From the NCBI GenBank assembly GCA_947313885.1, contig CAMZNU010000002.1, positions 4,321 to 68,320 on the forward strand: a DNA stretch of 64,000 nt, in the 5' to 3' direction. The translations under genes were made by a program, and so were the position numbers. This DNA comes from an uncultured Clostridia bacterium. Lineage in GTDB: Bacteria > Bacillota > Clostridia > Lachnospirales > CAMZNU01. Below are positions 20,345 through 30,979 of this stretch, piece by piece. Position 1 is the first letter of the stretch, and each line of letters begins with the position of its first letter. The notes under the pieces are model-generated. The model saw only the letters and a program-made list of their open reading frames with translations, made no database searches and had not been told where the DNA came from.

Positions 20345-21139
20345 ATGAAAAAAATAAAATTGTATGGTTTTAACAATTTAACAAAAACCTTAAGCTTTAA
20401 TATTTACGACGTATGCTATGCAAAAACAGAGGTAGAAAAAGAAGAATATATTAAATATATTGATGAACAATATAATTCAAATAGATTAACAAAAATTTTA
20501 TATGATGTAACAGAAATTATAGGTGCATGTGTTTTAAATGTATCAAAACAAGACTATGAGCCACAAGGAGCTAGTGTAAACATATTAATAAGTGAAGAGA
20601 TGATAGAAGAACATTTAATAGATGAGTCTTGCAATTTAGGGAAAAGTATAGAGAAAGATAGTTTAATGGGACACTTAGATAAAAGCCATTTAACAGTACA
20701 TACATATCCAGAGTCGCACCCAGAACATAGCATTTCAACATTTCGAGTAGACATAGATGTATCTACCTGTGGTACTATTTCGCCATTAAAAGCACTTAAC
20801 TATTTAATTAGTAGTTTTGATTCGGACATAATAACATTAGATTATAGAGTGCGAGGGTTTACGAGAGAGTTGGATAGTAAAAAATGTTTTATAGATCATA
20901 AAATAAATTCAATTCAAAATTATATAAATAAAGATAAGTTGTTAGAATACAACTCTATCGATGTAAATATATTTCAATCAAATATTTTCCATACAAAAAT
21001 GATGAAGAGGAATTTAGAATTAGAAGATTATATATTTAACAAAAAGGTAAAAGATATAAATAAAGATAAGCAAAAAATAATATTAAATAAGTTAGAACGA
21101 GAAATGTTGGAGATATTTAATGGTAGCAATATTTATTAG
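20345..21139 (+). CDS. speD: S-adenosylmethionine decarboxylase proenzyme, E. coli-like class
   Basis: [44 protein letters not shown]. Confidence 0.95.
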   Translation: MKKIKLYGFNNLTKTLSFNIYDVCYAKTEVEKEEYIKYIDEQYNSNRLTKILYDVTEIIGACVLNVSKQDYEPQGASVNILISEEMIEEHLIDESCNLGKSIEKDSLMGHLDKSHLTVHTYPESHPEHSISTFRVDIDVSTCGTISPLKALNYLISSFDSDIITLDYRVRGFTRELDSKKCFIDHKINSIQNYINKDKLLEYNSIDVNIFQSNIFHTKMMKRNLELEDYIFNKKVKDINKDKQKIILNKLEREMLEIFNGSNIY

Positions 21140-21148
21140 AGGTTAATT

Positions 21149-22606
21149 ATGGATATAGAAAGACAAAAGGAAACACCGCTAGTAGAGGCACTAAAAATAT
21201 ATAAGAAAAGCAGAATAGTATCTTTTGATGTTCCAGGTCATAAACAGGGTAAAAGTTTTAAAGGGTTAACAGATTTTTTTGGAGAGGATTGCATTAAAGT
21301 TGATGTTAACTCTATGAAACCTTTAGACAACTTAGCAAATCCTACGTCTGTAATTAAAAAAAGCGAGGAATTAATGGCAGAAGCATTTAATGTAAGTAAA
21401 GCTTTTTTTATGGTAGGTGGAACTACATCGTCAGTACAAGCTATGTTAATGTCAACATTAAAAGAAGGGGACAAAATAATATTACCAAGAAATGTACATA
21501 GATCCGCAATAAATGCCTTAATATTAATAGGTGCAATTCCAATATATATTAATCCAGGCGTAGAAAAAAATATAGGAATAGCATTAGGTATGAAAACAGA
21601 AGATATAATAGATGCTATGGATAATAATGAGGGGGTAAAATGTGTATTTGTAAACAACCCGACTTATTATGGAATATGTTCGGATTTAAAAACGATAATT
21701 GAAGAGGCACATAAAAGGGAAGTATTAGTTTTATGCGATGAAGCACATGGAACTCATTTTTATTTTAATGACAGGTTGCCAAAAGGTGGTATGGAGTTAG
21801 GTGCTGATATGGCTAGTGTTAGCATGCATAAAACAGGTGGGTCATTAACACAAAGCTCAGCATTATTAGTAAATGCTAAGAGGATAAATTCGAATTATGT
21901 AAGAACGGTGATAAATATAACGCAAACGACAAGTGCATCCTATTTATTAATGGCATCATTGGATATAGCAAGAAAAAATTTAAGTTTAGAAGGCGAAAAA
22001 ACTTTTAATAAAGTGTTAGATTTATGCGATTATGCTAGAAAAGAAATAAATAAAATTGAAGGCTATTATGCATTTTCAAAAGAATTAATAAATAATAAAA
22101 ATGTATTCGATTTTGATGAAACAAAGTTGTGTGTCAACACAAAAAATATAGGTCTTGCAGGAATTGAAGTATATGATTGTTTAAGAGATGATTATGAAAT
22201 ACAAATAGAGTTTGGAGATATAAGTAATATACTAGCAATAGTATCGGTAGGAGATAATGAGTTTACTATAGAGAGGTTAGTTGCGTCATTAGGAGAAATC
22301 AAAAGACGTAAAGAAAAAAAAGAACAAGGAGATTTTATTTTTGAGTATATAGAACCCGTTGTAGTAACGACACCTAAATATGCATTCTATGCAGAGCAAA
22401 AAACTGTTGAAATAAAAAAGTCAAAAGGGTTAGTAAGTGGGGAATTTATAATGGCATATCCACCAGGGATACCTATATTAGCACCAGGAGAAAGAATAAC
22501 GGAAGAAGTATTAAACTACGTAGAATATGCAAAGAGAAAAGGAAGTTATTTATTAGGGACAGAAGATATAGAAGTTAATTATATAAAAGTATCGGAGGAA
22601 TTATAA
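21149..22606 (+). CDS. speA: Orn/Lys/Arg-type decarboxylase (probable arginine decarboxylase)
   Basis: DVPGHKQGK, CDEAHGTHFYF, SVSMHKTGGSLTQSS (PLP lysine), PPGIPILAPGERIT; lies between speD and speE-speB. Confidence 0.88.
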   Translation: MDIERQKETPLVEALKIYKKSRIVSFDVPGHKQGKSFKGLTDFFGEDCIKVDVNSMKPLDNLANPTSVIKKSEELMAEAFNVSKAFFMVGGTTSSVQAMLMSTLKEGDKIILPRNVHRSAINALILIGAIPIYINPGVEKNIGIALGMKTEDIIDAMDNNEGVKCVFVNNPTYYGICSDLKTIIEEAHKREVLVLCDEAHGTHFYFNDRLPKGGMELGADMASVSMHKTGGSLTQSSALLVNAKRINSNYVRTVINITQTTSASYLLMASLDIARKNLSLEGEKTFNKVLDLCDYARKEINKIEGYYAFSKELINNKNVFDFDETKLCVNTKNIGLAGIEVYDCLRDDYEIQIEFGDISNILAIVSVGDNEFTIERLVASLGEIKRRKEKKEQGDFIFEYIEPVVVTTPKYAFYAEQKTVEIKKSKGLVSGEFIMAYPPGIPILAPGERITEEVLNYVEYAKRKGSYLLGTEDIEVNYIKVSEEL

Positions 22607-23454
22607 TGGAGTTATGGTACACAGAGAATCATACAGACGAAGTAAAATTTTCTATTAAGGTTGAGGAACACTTATATAGCAATCAAAGTAAGTTTCAAAA
22701 AATAGATGTATTTAAATCAAATGAATTTGGAACATTTTTCACGTTAGATGGACTTATGATGGTTACAGAAAAAGATGAGTTTATATATCACGATATGATA
22801 GTACATACAGCGCTTGCAACAAACCCGAATATAAAAAAAGTTTTAGTAATAGGAGCGGGAGATGGAGGAACAATAAGAGAATTAACACGATACAAAACAA
22901 TTGAAAAAATAGATTTAGTAGAAATCGATGAGGAAGTAGTAACAGTGTGCCAAAAGTTTTTACCACAAACATCAGAAAAATTAGAAGATGAAAGAGTTTC
23001 AATGTATTTTGAAGATGGTTTAAAATTTGTAAGAATGACAGAAAAAAAATATGATTTAATAATTGTAGATTCAACAGATCCATTTGGACCAGGTGAGGGG
23101 TTATTTACGGCGGAGTTTTATGGAAATTGTTATAAAGCGTTAAGCGGCGAGGGTATATTAATAAACCAACACGAATCACCGTATTATGATGAATTTGCAA
23201 ATAATATGAAAAGAGCACATAAAAGAATAAAAGAAATATTTCCTATATGCAGTGTATATCAAGCGCATATACCAACGTATCCATCAGGACATTGGTTATT
23301 TGGGTTTGCATCAAAAAAACATGATCCAATTAAAGATTTAAAAAAAGAAGAGTGGAATAAGTTAGGTTTAAAGACAAAATATTATAATACAGATTTACAT
23401 GTAGGATGTTTTGCACTACCAAACTATGTAAAGGAAATGTTAAACAATGTTTAA
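22606..23454 (+). CDS. speE: spermidine synthase
   Basis: VLVIGAGDGGTIREL, DLVEIDEEVV, DLIIVDSTDPFGPGEGLF. Confidence 0.96.
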   Translation: MELWYTENHTDEVKFSIKVEEHLYSNQSKFQKIDVFKSNEFGTFFTLDGLMMVTEKDEFIYHDMIVHTALATNPNIKKVLVIGAGDGGTIRELTRYKTIEKIDLVEIDEEVVTVCQKFLPQTSEKLEDERVSMYFEDGLKFVRMTEKKYDLIIVDSTDPFGPGEGLFTAEFYGNCYKALSGEGILINQHESPYYDEFANNMKRAHKRIKEIFPICSVYQAHIPTYPSGHWLFGFASKKHDPIKDLKKEEWNKLGLKTKYYNTDLHVGCFALPNYVKEMLNNV

Positions 23455-24292
23455 AAATAATAGATTAAATTTTATAGGATGCGACAATAAATTTGAAGAA
23501 AGTGATATAGTGCTATTTGGTGCGCCGTTTGATGGGACTACATCATTTAGACCAGGGGCAAGATTTGCAAGCAATGCAATACGAGTAGAATCAGAGGGGA
23601 TAGAAACATACAGCCCATATCAAGAAAAAGATATAGAAAATAAAAAAATATATGATAATGGGGATTTAGAATTTCCATTTGGAAACGTACATAAAACGAT
23701 GGATATAATATATAGAAGAACAAAACAAATTTTAGACTATGGTAAAATACCAGTAATGATAGGCGGGGAACATTTAGTATCATACGGTACAGTAAAAGCT
23801 ATAAAAGAAAAATATGAAGACATATATATACTACATTTTGATGCTCATGCAGATTTAAGAGAAAATTATTTAGGTGAAGACTATTCCCATGCAACAGTGA
23901 TGAGAAGAATATTTGACATAGTAGGAAAAAATAAAATATATCAGTTAGGGATAAGATCAGGAACAAAAGATGAATTTGATTTCGCTAAAAAAAATACGAA
24001 TATGTGTAAATTCGATCTAGATAAAATAGATGAATATGTAGATAAATTAAAAGGGAAAAATGTTTATGTGACGATAGATTTAGATGTTTTAGATCCATCA
24101 ATTTTTTCAGGAACAGGAACACCAGAAGCGGGTGGTGTTAATTTTAAAACACTTTTAGATGCGGTATTAAAACTTAAAAATATAAATATTGTTGGTGCGG
24201 ACATAAATGAATTATCACCAATGTATGATAATAGTGGAGTGTCTACAGCAGTAGCTTGTAAAATTTTAAGAGAATTATTGTTAGTAGTCTAA
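23447..24292 (+). CDS. speB: agmatinase
   Basis: GGEHLVSYG, HFDAHADLRENY, SHATVMRR, YVTIDLDVLDPS ureohydrolase signatures. Confidence 0.94.
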   Translation: MFKNNRLNFIGCDNKFEESDIVLFGAPFDGTTSFRPGARFASNAIRVESEGIETYSPYQEKDIENKKIYDNGDLEFPFGNVHKTMDIIYRRTKQILDYGKIPVMIGGEHLVSYGTVKAIKEKYEDIYILHFDAHADLRENYLGEDYSHATVMRRIFDIVGKNKIYQLGIRSGTKDEFDFAKKNTNMCKFDLDKIDEYVDKLKGKNVYVTIDLDVLDPSIFSGTGTPEAGGVNFKTLLDAVLKLKNINIVGADINELSPMYDNSGVSTAVACKILRELLLVV

Positions 24293-24356
24293 AGACAGCT
24301 TATTGTTGAAAGTAAATAGTTGAAATATTAGACAAAAGTATAATCATAAAAAGATG

Positions 24357-24391
24357 CCTTAAATCATATATATACATATAACGATTTAAGG
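24357..24391 (+). promoter_or_regulatory. perfect 9-bp inverted repeat overlapping the spoIIID ribosome-binding site
   Basis: CCTTAAATC (24357-24365) / GATTTAAGG (24383-24391); the right arm includes the AAGG of the SD AAGGAGG. Confidence 0.5.
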
Positions 24392-24398
24392 AGGTTTA

Positions 24399-24662
24399 AT
24401 GTTGAAACCTTATATAGAAAAAAGAGCAGTAGATGTAGCGAAGTTTATTATTTCGGAAAAAGCTACAGTAAGAGAGTCGGCACGAAAATTTGGAATAAGT
24501 AAAAGTACTGTACATAAAGACGTAACAGAACGTTTAATAAAGATAAATCCAAACTTAGCAATGAATGCGAGAAAAGTTTTAGAAGTTAACAAATCAGAAA
24601 GACATATCAGAGGTGGCATAGCAACTAAAGAAAAATATTTAACCAATAAGATTTTAAAATAA
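24399..24662 (+). CDS. spoIIID: sporulation transcriptional regulator SpoIIID
   Basis: KPYIEKRAVDVAKFIISEKATVRESARKFGISKSTVHKDVTERL. Confidence 0.97.
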   Translation: MLKPYIEKRAVDVAKFIISEKATVRESARKFGISKSTVHKDVTERLIKINPNLAMNARKVLEVNKSERHIRGGIATKEKYLTNKILK

Positions 24663-24966
24663 AAAATAAAAACCTGTGGAATAGACTTTAAAGGTCGTCT
24701 AACTATGGGTTTTATTTTATGTATAGACAATAGTCTAAAGGTATATGAAAAATAAATTTGGAAAAGATAATATAAGAGAGAAATTTACATGAGTTATATA
24801 ATTTAAAACTGTTAAAACAGAAACAGAAAAATCAAGCTTTCTATTTATAAAAATTAAACTTTTATAATATTATCACTATAAAAAACAAATAAAGAGTATT
24901 ATAAATTTATTTTTTTTTGTATAATGATAGTTAAAATAAAACAAATACAAAATAAATAGGTGAAAT

Positions 24967-25671
24967 ATGAAAAAAGAAAAAATTAGGCATATAGCGATTA
25001 TAATGGATGGTAATGGTAGGTGGGCGAAAAAAAGATTGTTGCCAAATAAGTTAGGTCATCGTGAGGGAGCAAAAGTTTTAAAAAAAATAACAGAGTATTG
25101 TGATGAAATAGGGTTACAATATTTAACAGTGTATGCATTTTCAACGGAAAATTGGAATAGAAGCGAAAAAGAGGTAGATGATTTAATGGCACTTCTAAGT
25201 GAATTTTTAGATGAGTACATAAGTAATAATGATAAAAATAACATTGTTATAAAAGTAATAGGCGATAAAAATAGATTAGAAAAAAGTATTGTAGAAAAAA
25301 TATGTACTATCGAGAAGTTGAGTGAAAATAAAAAAGGGGTACAACTAAATCTGGCTATAAATTATGGAGGAAGGGATGAAATTGTAAGAAGTGTGAAAAA
25401 AATTTGCGAAGATGTATCGAGAGGCAAAGTAAGGGAACGGGAAATAACAGAAAAATTATTTAGTAGTTATTTAGATACAAAAGAAATAATAGATCCAGAA
25501 ATTTTAATAAGAACTAGTGGAGAGAGTAGAGTTAGTAATTTTTTATTGTGGCAAATAGCATATACAGAAATATTTAATATTAAAAAACTATGGCCAGACT
25601 TTAACAAAAAGGATATAGATGAAGTGATAAAAGAGTTTAAAAATAGAAATCGAACATTCGGAGAGAGGTAA
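24967..25671 (+). CDS. uppS: isoprenyl transferase / undecaprenyl diphosphate synthase
   Basis: HIAIIMDGNGRWAKKR, GHREGAKVL, YAFSTENWNR, RTSGESRVSNFLLWQ. Confidence 0.96.
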   Translation: MKKEKIRHIAIIMDGNGRWAKKRLLPNKLGHREGAKVLKKITEYCDEIGLQYLTVYAFSTENWNRSEKEVDDLMALLSEFLDEYISNNDKNNIVIKVIGDKNRLEKSIVEKICTIEKLSENKKGVQLNLAINYGGRDEIVRSVKKICEDVSRGKVREREITEKLFSSYLDTKEIIDPEILIRTSGESRVSNFLLWQIAYTEIFNIKKLWPDFNKKDIDEVIKEFKNRNRTFGER

Positions 25672-25673
25672 CT

Positions 25674-26495
25674 ATGAAAACAAGAATAGCAACAGGCATA
25701 ATAGGTGTTCCAATTGTAATAGCATTATTATATTTAGGTGGTAATATATTGCTACTTTCCACATATGTAATATCAATAATTGGTCTTAATGAATTTTTTA
25801 ACGCAACGTCTATAACGAATAGAAGAGGACCAATAATAATATATTTAGGGACTACGGTATATTATTTAAGCCTTTTTACATTAGAAAAAGAGATGATAAC
25901 CCATACTAATTATAATTTATTTATGATAACGCTATTTATAATAATGTTAATTTATTTCGTAGCAAATCATGAGAAAATGAAACTATCTGATTTAGCAATT
26001 AGTATGTTTTCATTTATATATATACCGTTGGTATTTAGCTTAATATATTTAATTAGTGAAATAGATGTGCACAAAGAGTATATATGGTTAATATTTATAC
26101 TAGCATTTGTTAGTGACACAGGTGCATATTTTACAGGTAAAGCTATAGGTAAGCGAAAATTATCACCTAAGTTGAGTCCAAACAAAACGATAGAAGGATC
26201 TATAGGTGGCATAGTAGCAACAGTAGTGAGTGTATATATATATATATTAATATTAAGTGGAGGCGGGATTACTCCAATGGCGTATAGCTTTCGTAAAAAT
26301 ATACTTATAATTTTAATAGGTAGTATAGGTGCAATAATATCACAATTAGGGGATCTAAGTTCATCAGCAATTAAAAGAGAGTACAATATAAAAGATTATG
26401 GAAAAATAATACCAGGACACGGTGGGATTTTAGATAGATTCGATAGTGTATTATTTACGACAATATATATATATATATTAGTGAACATTGTTTAA
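25674..26495 (+). CDS. cdsA: phosphatidate cytidylyltransferase
   Basis: GKRKLSPKLSPNKTIEGSIGG, SAIKREYNIKDYGKIIPGHGGILDRFDS. Confidence 0.96.
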   Translation: MKTRIATGIIGVPIVIALLYLGGNILLLSTYVISIIGLNEFFNATSITNRRGPIIIYLGTTVYYLSLFTLEKEMITHTNYNLFMITLFIIMLIYFVANHEKMKLSDLAISMFSFIYIPLVFSLIYLISEIDVHKEYIWLIFILAFVSDTGAYFTGKAIGKRKLSPKLSPNKTIEGSIGGIVATVVSVYIYILILSGGGITPMAYSFRKNILIILIGSIGAIISQLGDLSSSAIKREYNIKDYGKIIPGHGGILDRFDSVLFTTIYIYILVNIV

Positions 26496-26521
26496 ATAAG
26501 TATTTATAAAAGGTGTGTGTA

Positions 26522-27685
26522 ATGTTAAAAATAACAATATTAGGATCAACAGGATCAATAGGACGACAAACATTGGAAGTAATAGATGGTCTAAAGAATA
26601 TAGAAGTTGAAAGTTTAACAACAAATGTAAATATTGAGATTATGTTTAATCAAATAAAAAAATATAAACCATCAATAGTATGTGTAGTTAATGAAAAAAA
26701 GGGAGAAGAATTAAAAACCGAACTAAAGGAAAAAGGAATTGACGTAGAAGTTATAGTTGGAGTGAATGGGTTAGTGAAAGTAGCCACACTAGATAAAATA
26801 ACATTAGTTGTAAATGCAGTAGTTGGTAATGTTGGATTGATACCGACGTTAGAAGGTATTAGAAATAAAAAAAATATTGCATTAGCAAATAAAGAAACTT
26901 TGGTGACGGCAGGAAAAATAGTAATGGAAGAGGCTAAAAAAAATAAAGTATCAATTATGCCAATAGATAGTGAGCATTGTGCTATATATCAATGTTTAGA
27001 AGGTAATAAAAAAAGAGAAGTAGAAAAAATAATATTAACAGCGTCGGGTGGAGCATTTAGAGATAAAACTATAAAAGAGTTAGAAGATGTTACATTAGAT
27101 GAGGCGTTAACACATCCGAATTGGTCGATGGGTAAAAAAATAACTATTGATTCAGCAACTTTGGTGAATAAAGGGTTAGAAGTTATAGAAGCGAAATGGT
27201 TGTTTGATATAGATTTTAAAAATATAGAAGTAGTAATCCATAGACAAAGTATAATACATTCTATGGTTGAGTATGTAGATGGAAGTATAATAGCACAATT
27301 AGGAACATCAGATATGAGAACACCGATACAATATTGTTTAACGTATCCTAAAAGAGTTAAAAACAAGTTTAAAAAATTTAATTTTTGGGAAAATGGGGAA
27401 TTGACGTTTAGTAAACCAGACACAATAAAATTTCCAGGGTTAAAATATGCATTTGATGCTCTAGAAGAAGGTGGACTAATGCCAACGGTATATAATAGTG
27501 CAAATGAGAAAGCTGTTGAATTATTTTTGAGTAATGAGATAAAATTTTTAGATATATATATAATAATATTAGATGCTATGAAAACATATAAAGTTAGAAA
27601 TATTCAAGATTATAAATTAGAAGACATAATAGAAATAGATAATAGTGTTAAAAAGTACGTAGAAAATAAATGGAGGAAAAAATAA
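26522..27685 (+). CDS. dxr: 1-deoxy-D-xylulose 5-phosphate reductoisomerase
   Basis: ILGSTGSIGRQTL, ANKETLV, DSEHCAIYQ, ASGGAFRD, HPNWSMGKKITIDSATL. Confidence 0.96.
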   Translation: MLKITILGSTGSIGRQTLEVIDGLKNIEVESLTTNVNIEIMFNQIKKYKPSIVCVVNEKKGEELKTELKEKGIDVEVIVGVNGLVKVATLDKITLVVNAVVGNVGLIPTLEGIRNKKNIALANKETLVTAGKIVMEEAKKNKVSIMPIDSEHCAIYQCLEGNKKREVEKIILTASGGAFRDKTIKELEDVTLDEALTHPNWSMGKKITIDSATLVNKGLEVIEAKWLFDIDFKNIEVVIHRQSIIHSMVEYVDGSIIAQLGTSDMRTPIQYCLTYPKRVKNKFKKFNFWENGELTFSKPDTIKFPGLKYAFDALEEGGLMPTVYNSANEKAVELFLSNEIKFLDIYIIILDAMKTYKVRNIQDYKLEDIIEIDNSVKKYVENKWRKK

Positions 27686-28759
27686 ATGATAGTATCGATA
27701 ATTATATTTTCGCTAGTAATATTAGTTCATGAGTTTGGTCATTTTTATGTAGCGAAAAAGTGTGGCGTGCATGTTGAAGAGTTTGCGATGGGAATGGGAC
27801 GTATAATATTTAAAAAGCAAGGTAAAGAAACTTTATATACTTTGAGAATGTTTCCAATAGGTGGATTTTGTAGAATGCGAGGAGAAGATGAAAATGAGAC
27901 AGAAATAGTAGACGGATCGTTTAATTCAGCAAATGTGTATAGAAGGATAATGATAATAGTTGCTGGGGTTATAAGTAATGTATTACTTGCGATAGTTGGA
28001 TTTACGATAGTTACATTTTATATGGGAACGACTACACTAAAAATTGATAAAACTATAGATGGTTTTCCGATAGAAATGGCGGGACTAAAAAAAGGCGATG
28101 AAATTAAAACATTAAATGGTAAAAAGCTATTAAATTTTAACGATTTAAACTTGAGAATATCAAAGTTAGGCAATAGTGGTGAAAGAAGTGTAAAAATAAA
28201 ATATATAGAAAACGAATCCAAAACAAAAAAAGAGACTACTTTAAATTTGAAATTAGATAAAGAAAGTAATAGATACATTATGGGATTCATACCAGAGTAT
28301 TTAAATGGCAATCTTAATAAGATAGAAGATAATAATATAGGAATGATTAAAAGTATTGACGAAGGATTTAAGTCATCAGCTTTTTACACCAAATATACGA
28401 TATTAGGGTTTAAAGATTTAGTAACCATGAATTTAAAAAAAGATGATTTAGCAGGACCGATAGGCATAGTTAGTGAAATAAGCAATGTATATGATGAAAG
28501 TGTTAAAGTTGGTGGGTTATCATTAGGGGTATTAAGTACAATAAGCTTTGTAGCAATAATAAGTATAAATATAGCGGTATTTAATTTATTACCAATGCCA
28601 GCGTTAGATGGCGGTAGATTAGTATTTTTAATTATAGAGTTAATAGCAGGAAAACAAGTTCCACAAGATAAAGAAGGGCTTATACATTTTATAGGATTTG
28701 TATTTTTGATTTTGTTGGCAGTATATGTTGCATTTAATGACATAATAAAATTATTTTAA
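27686..28759 (+). CDS. rseP: RIP metalloprotease (site-2 protease family)
   Basis: VHEFGHFYVAKKCGV (HExxH-like active site), PDZ domain, NLLPMPALDGGRL. Confidence 0.94.
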   Translation: MIVSIIIFSLVILVHEFGHFYVAKKCGVHVEEFAMGMGRIIFKKQGKETLYTLRMFPIGGFCRMRGEDENETEIVDGSFNSANVYRRIMIIVAGVISNVLLAIVGFTIVTFYMGTTTLKIDKTIDGFPIEMAGLKKGDEIKTLNGKKLLNFNDLNLRISKLGNSGERSVKIKYIENESKTKKETTLNLKLDKESNRYIMGFIPEYLNGNLNKIEDNNIGMIKSIDEGFKSSAFYTKYTILGFKDLVTMNLKKDDLAGPIGIVSEISNVYDESVKVGGLSLGVLSTISFVAIISINIAVFNLLPMPALDGGRLVFLIIELIAGKQVPQDKEGLIHFIGFVFLILLAVYVAFNDIIKLF

Positions 28760-28808
28760 TTAAAACTGTGATCAATGTGTGAGATGAAATAGAAACAAAG
28801 AAGTAACT

Positions 28809-30926
28809 TTGAAAAAACAGGAGAAAAAAATGGAAGAAGAAATATTAAAAATTTTTAGAGAAGATGAAACATTGAAATTAATGCCATCACAGTTAGCAAC
28901 TAAATTAAATGTAAAAACAAATGAGGAATTCAACAAAGTTATAAAAGAGCTAGGGGCAATGGGAAAAATAGTAATAAGCAAAAAAGGTAAAATAATTTTA
29001 GCGTCTACGGTAGGAATATATCAAGGTGTGCTACAAAGCAACAGCAATGGGTTCGGATTTGTAATAATCGAAGATGAGGAAAATGATATTTTTGTACCAG
29101 CTAGACACTTAAAAGGAGCTATGCACAAAGATGTAGTAATATGCAAAGTTACAAAGGTTAGAAAAAACGGCAAAAAAAGAGAAGGAGAAATAGTTAAAGT
29201 ATTAGAGCAAGGAAAGAAAATATTAGTGGGTACTTTTCAAAAAAATAAAAGTTTTGGATTTGTAATACCAGATGACAGTAAATTTTCAAAAGATATATTT
29301 GTAGCTAAAAAGCATTGTAAAGGTGCGATAACAGGTCATAAGGTGGTAGTAGAAATTGTAAAATCACCAGAAAAAGGTAGCAAACCAGAAGGAATAATTA
29401 AAAGTATATTAGGACACTTAAATGATCCAGGGGTAGATATATTATCTATTGTGCATGATTTAGAAATACCTATAGATTTCCCAAAAGAAGTGTTAGAGGA
29501 AGTAGAGAAAATTGATGATGTAGTAGATAGTAGTAAATATTTAGATAGAACAGACATGCGTGATGTTAAGATGGTTACAATAGATGGCGAAGATGCGAAG
29601 GATTTAGATGATGCAATACATATCAAAAAATTAGAAAATGGTAACTATGAGCTAGGAGTTCACATTGCAGATGTAACTAACTATGTAACAGAAGGTAGCC
29701 ATTTAGATAAAGAGGCAATAAGAAGAGGAACAAGTGTATATTTAGTAGATAGAGTTATACCGATGTTACCACATAAATTATCAAATGGAGTATGTTCATT
29801 AAATGCAGGAGTGGATAGGTTAGCACTTAGCTGTAACATGACAATAGATAAAACAGGTAAAGTAACATCGCACAAAATATATAAATCATTAATAAAAATT
29901 GATAAAAGAATGAGTTATACAGAAGTTAGCGATATATTAACTAACGATAAGTCGGAAATTTTAGAAGAAAATAAAGAATTTGTAAATATGTTTAAAGATA
30001 TGGAACATTTACGAAATATATTAAAAATAAAAAGAGATGATAGAGGTTCAATAGATTTTGATTTTCCAGAAGCTAAAATTATAGTTGATGAAAAAGGTAA
30101 ACCGATAGATATAAAAATTTATGAGAGAAACATAGCAACTAGTATAATAGAAGAATTTATGTTGCTTTGTAACGAAACAGTAGCAGAGGAATTTTATTGG
30201 TTAGGTGTGCCGTTTGTATTTAGAACACATAGCGAACCAGATTCAGAAAATATTGAAAGGTTAAAAGAATTTGTACAAGGTTTTGGATATTACATAAAAG
30301 GTAAAAGTAAACATTCTAAGTCATTACAAACATTGTTAAAAGAAATAAAGGGTAAAGAAGAGGAAAGCGTCATAAGTAGAATAACGTTGAGGAGTATGAA
30401 GCAGGCAAGATATACACCATCTAACGATGGTCATTTTGGACTAGCATCAAAATATTATACACATTTCACGTCACCGATAAGAAGATATCCAGATTTACAA
30501 ATTCATAGAATTATAAAATACGTAATAGAGAAAAAATTTAGCGATGAGAAAAAAGAGAAACTAGACAATGTTATAAGCGATATATGTTTAAGTTGTTCAA
30601 CTAGAGAGAGACGTGCGGAGCAAGCGGAAAGAGAAACGAACAAATTAAAAAAAGTTGAATACATGGTAGACAAAATAGGAGAAAAATTTGAAGGTGTAGT
30701 AAGTTCTATTACATCATGGGGAATATATGTAGAGTTAGAAAACACAGTAGAGGGTATGGTTAGTATAAACTCTATGATAGATGACACCTATGTATATGAT
30801 AGTGATAATATGAAATATTTTGGAACAGAAACAAATAGGGAATATACACTAGGTAAAAAGGTAACTATTAGAGTTGCTAAAGCAAATATAAAAGAAAGAA
30901 CGTTGGATTTTGATTTTGTATTATAA
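28809..30926 (+). CDS. rnr: ribonuclease R
   Basis: VTIDGEDAKDLDDAI, LGVHIADVTNYV, DFPEAKI, HFTSPIRRYPDLQIHR, C-terminal S1 domain; 705 aa. Confidence 0.95.
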   Translation: MKKQEKKMEEEILKIFREDETLKLMPSQLATKLNVKTNEEFNKVIKELGAMGKIVISKKGKIILASTVGIYQGVLQSNSNGFGFVIIEDEENDIFVPARHLKGAMHKDVVICKVTKVRKNGKKREGEIVKVLEQGKKILVGTFQKNKSFGFVIPDDSKFSKDIFVAKKHCKGAITGHKVVVEIVKSPEKGSKPEGIIKSILGHLNDPGVDILSIVHDLEIPIDFPKEVLEEVEKIDDVVDSSKYLDRTDMRDVKMVTIDGEDAKDLDDAIHIKKLENGNYELGVHIADVTNYVTEGSHLDKEAIRRGTSVYLVDRVIPMLPHKLSNGVCSLNAGVDRLALSCNMTIDKTGKVTSHKIYKSLIKIDKRMSYTEVSDILTNDKSEILEENKEFVNMFKDMEHLRNILKIKRDDRGSIDFDFPEAKIIVDEKGKPIDIKIYERNIATSIIEEFMLLCNETVAEEFYWLGVPFVFRTHSEPDSENIERLKEFVQGFGYYIKGKSKHSKSLQTLLKEIKGKEEESVISRITLRSMKQARYTPSNDGHFGLASKYYTHFTSPIRRYPDLQIHRIIKYVIEKKFSDEKKEKLDNVISDICLSCSTRERRAEQAERETNKLKKVEYMVDKIGEKFEGVVSSITSWGIYVELENTVEGMVSINSMIDDTYVYDSDNMKYFGTETNREYTLGKKVTIRVAKANIKERTLDFDFVL

Positions 30927-30979
30927 TGGTGAATAAGTTATTAAAGTATATAAATATTATTTAATGAGAGGGAAAATAT

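Noticed and set aside
24663-24966. Candidate riboswitch or ncRNA between spoIIID and uppS
   Set aside because: Only a weak AAAACC...GGTTTT terminator-like pairing after spoIIID could be seen; no conserved riboswitch core recognised.
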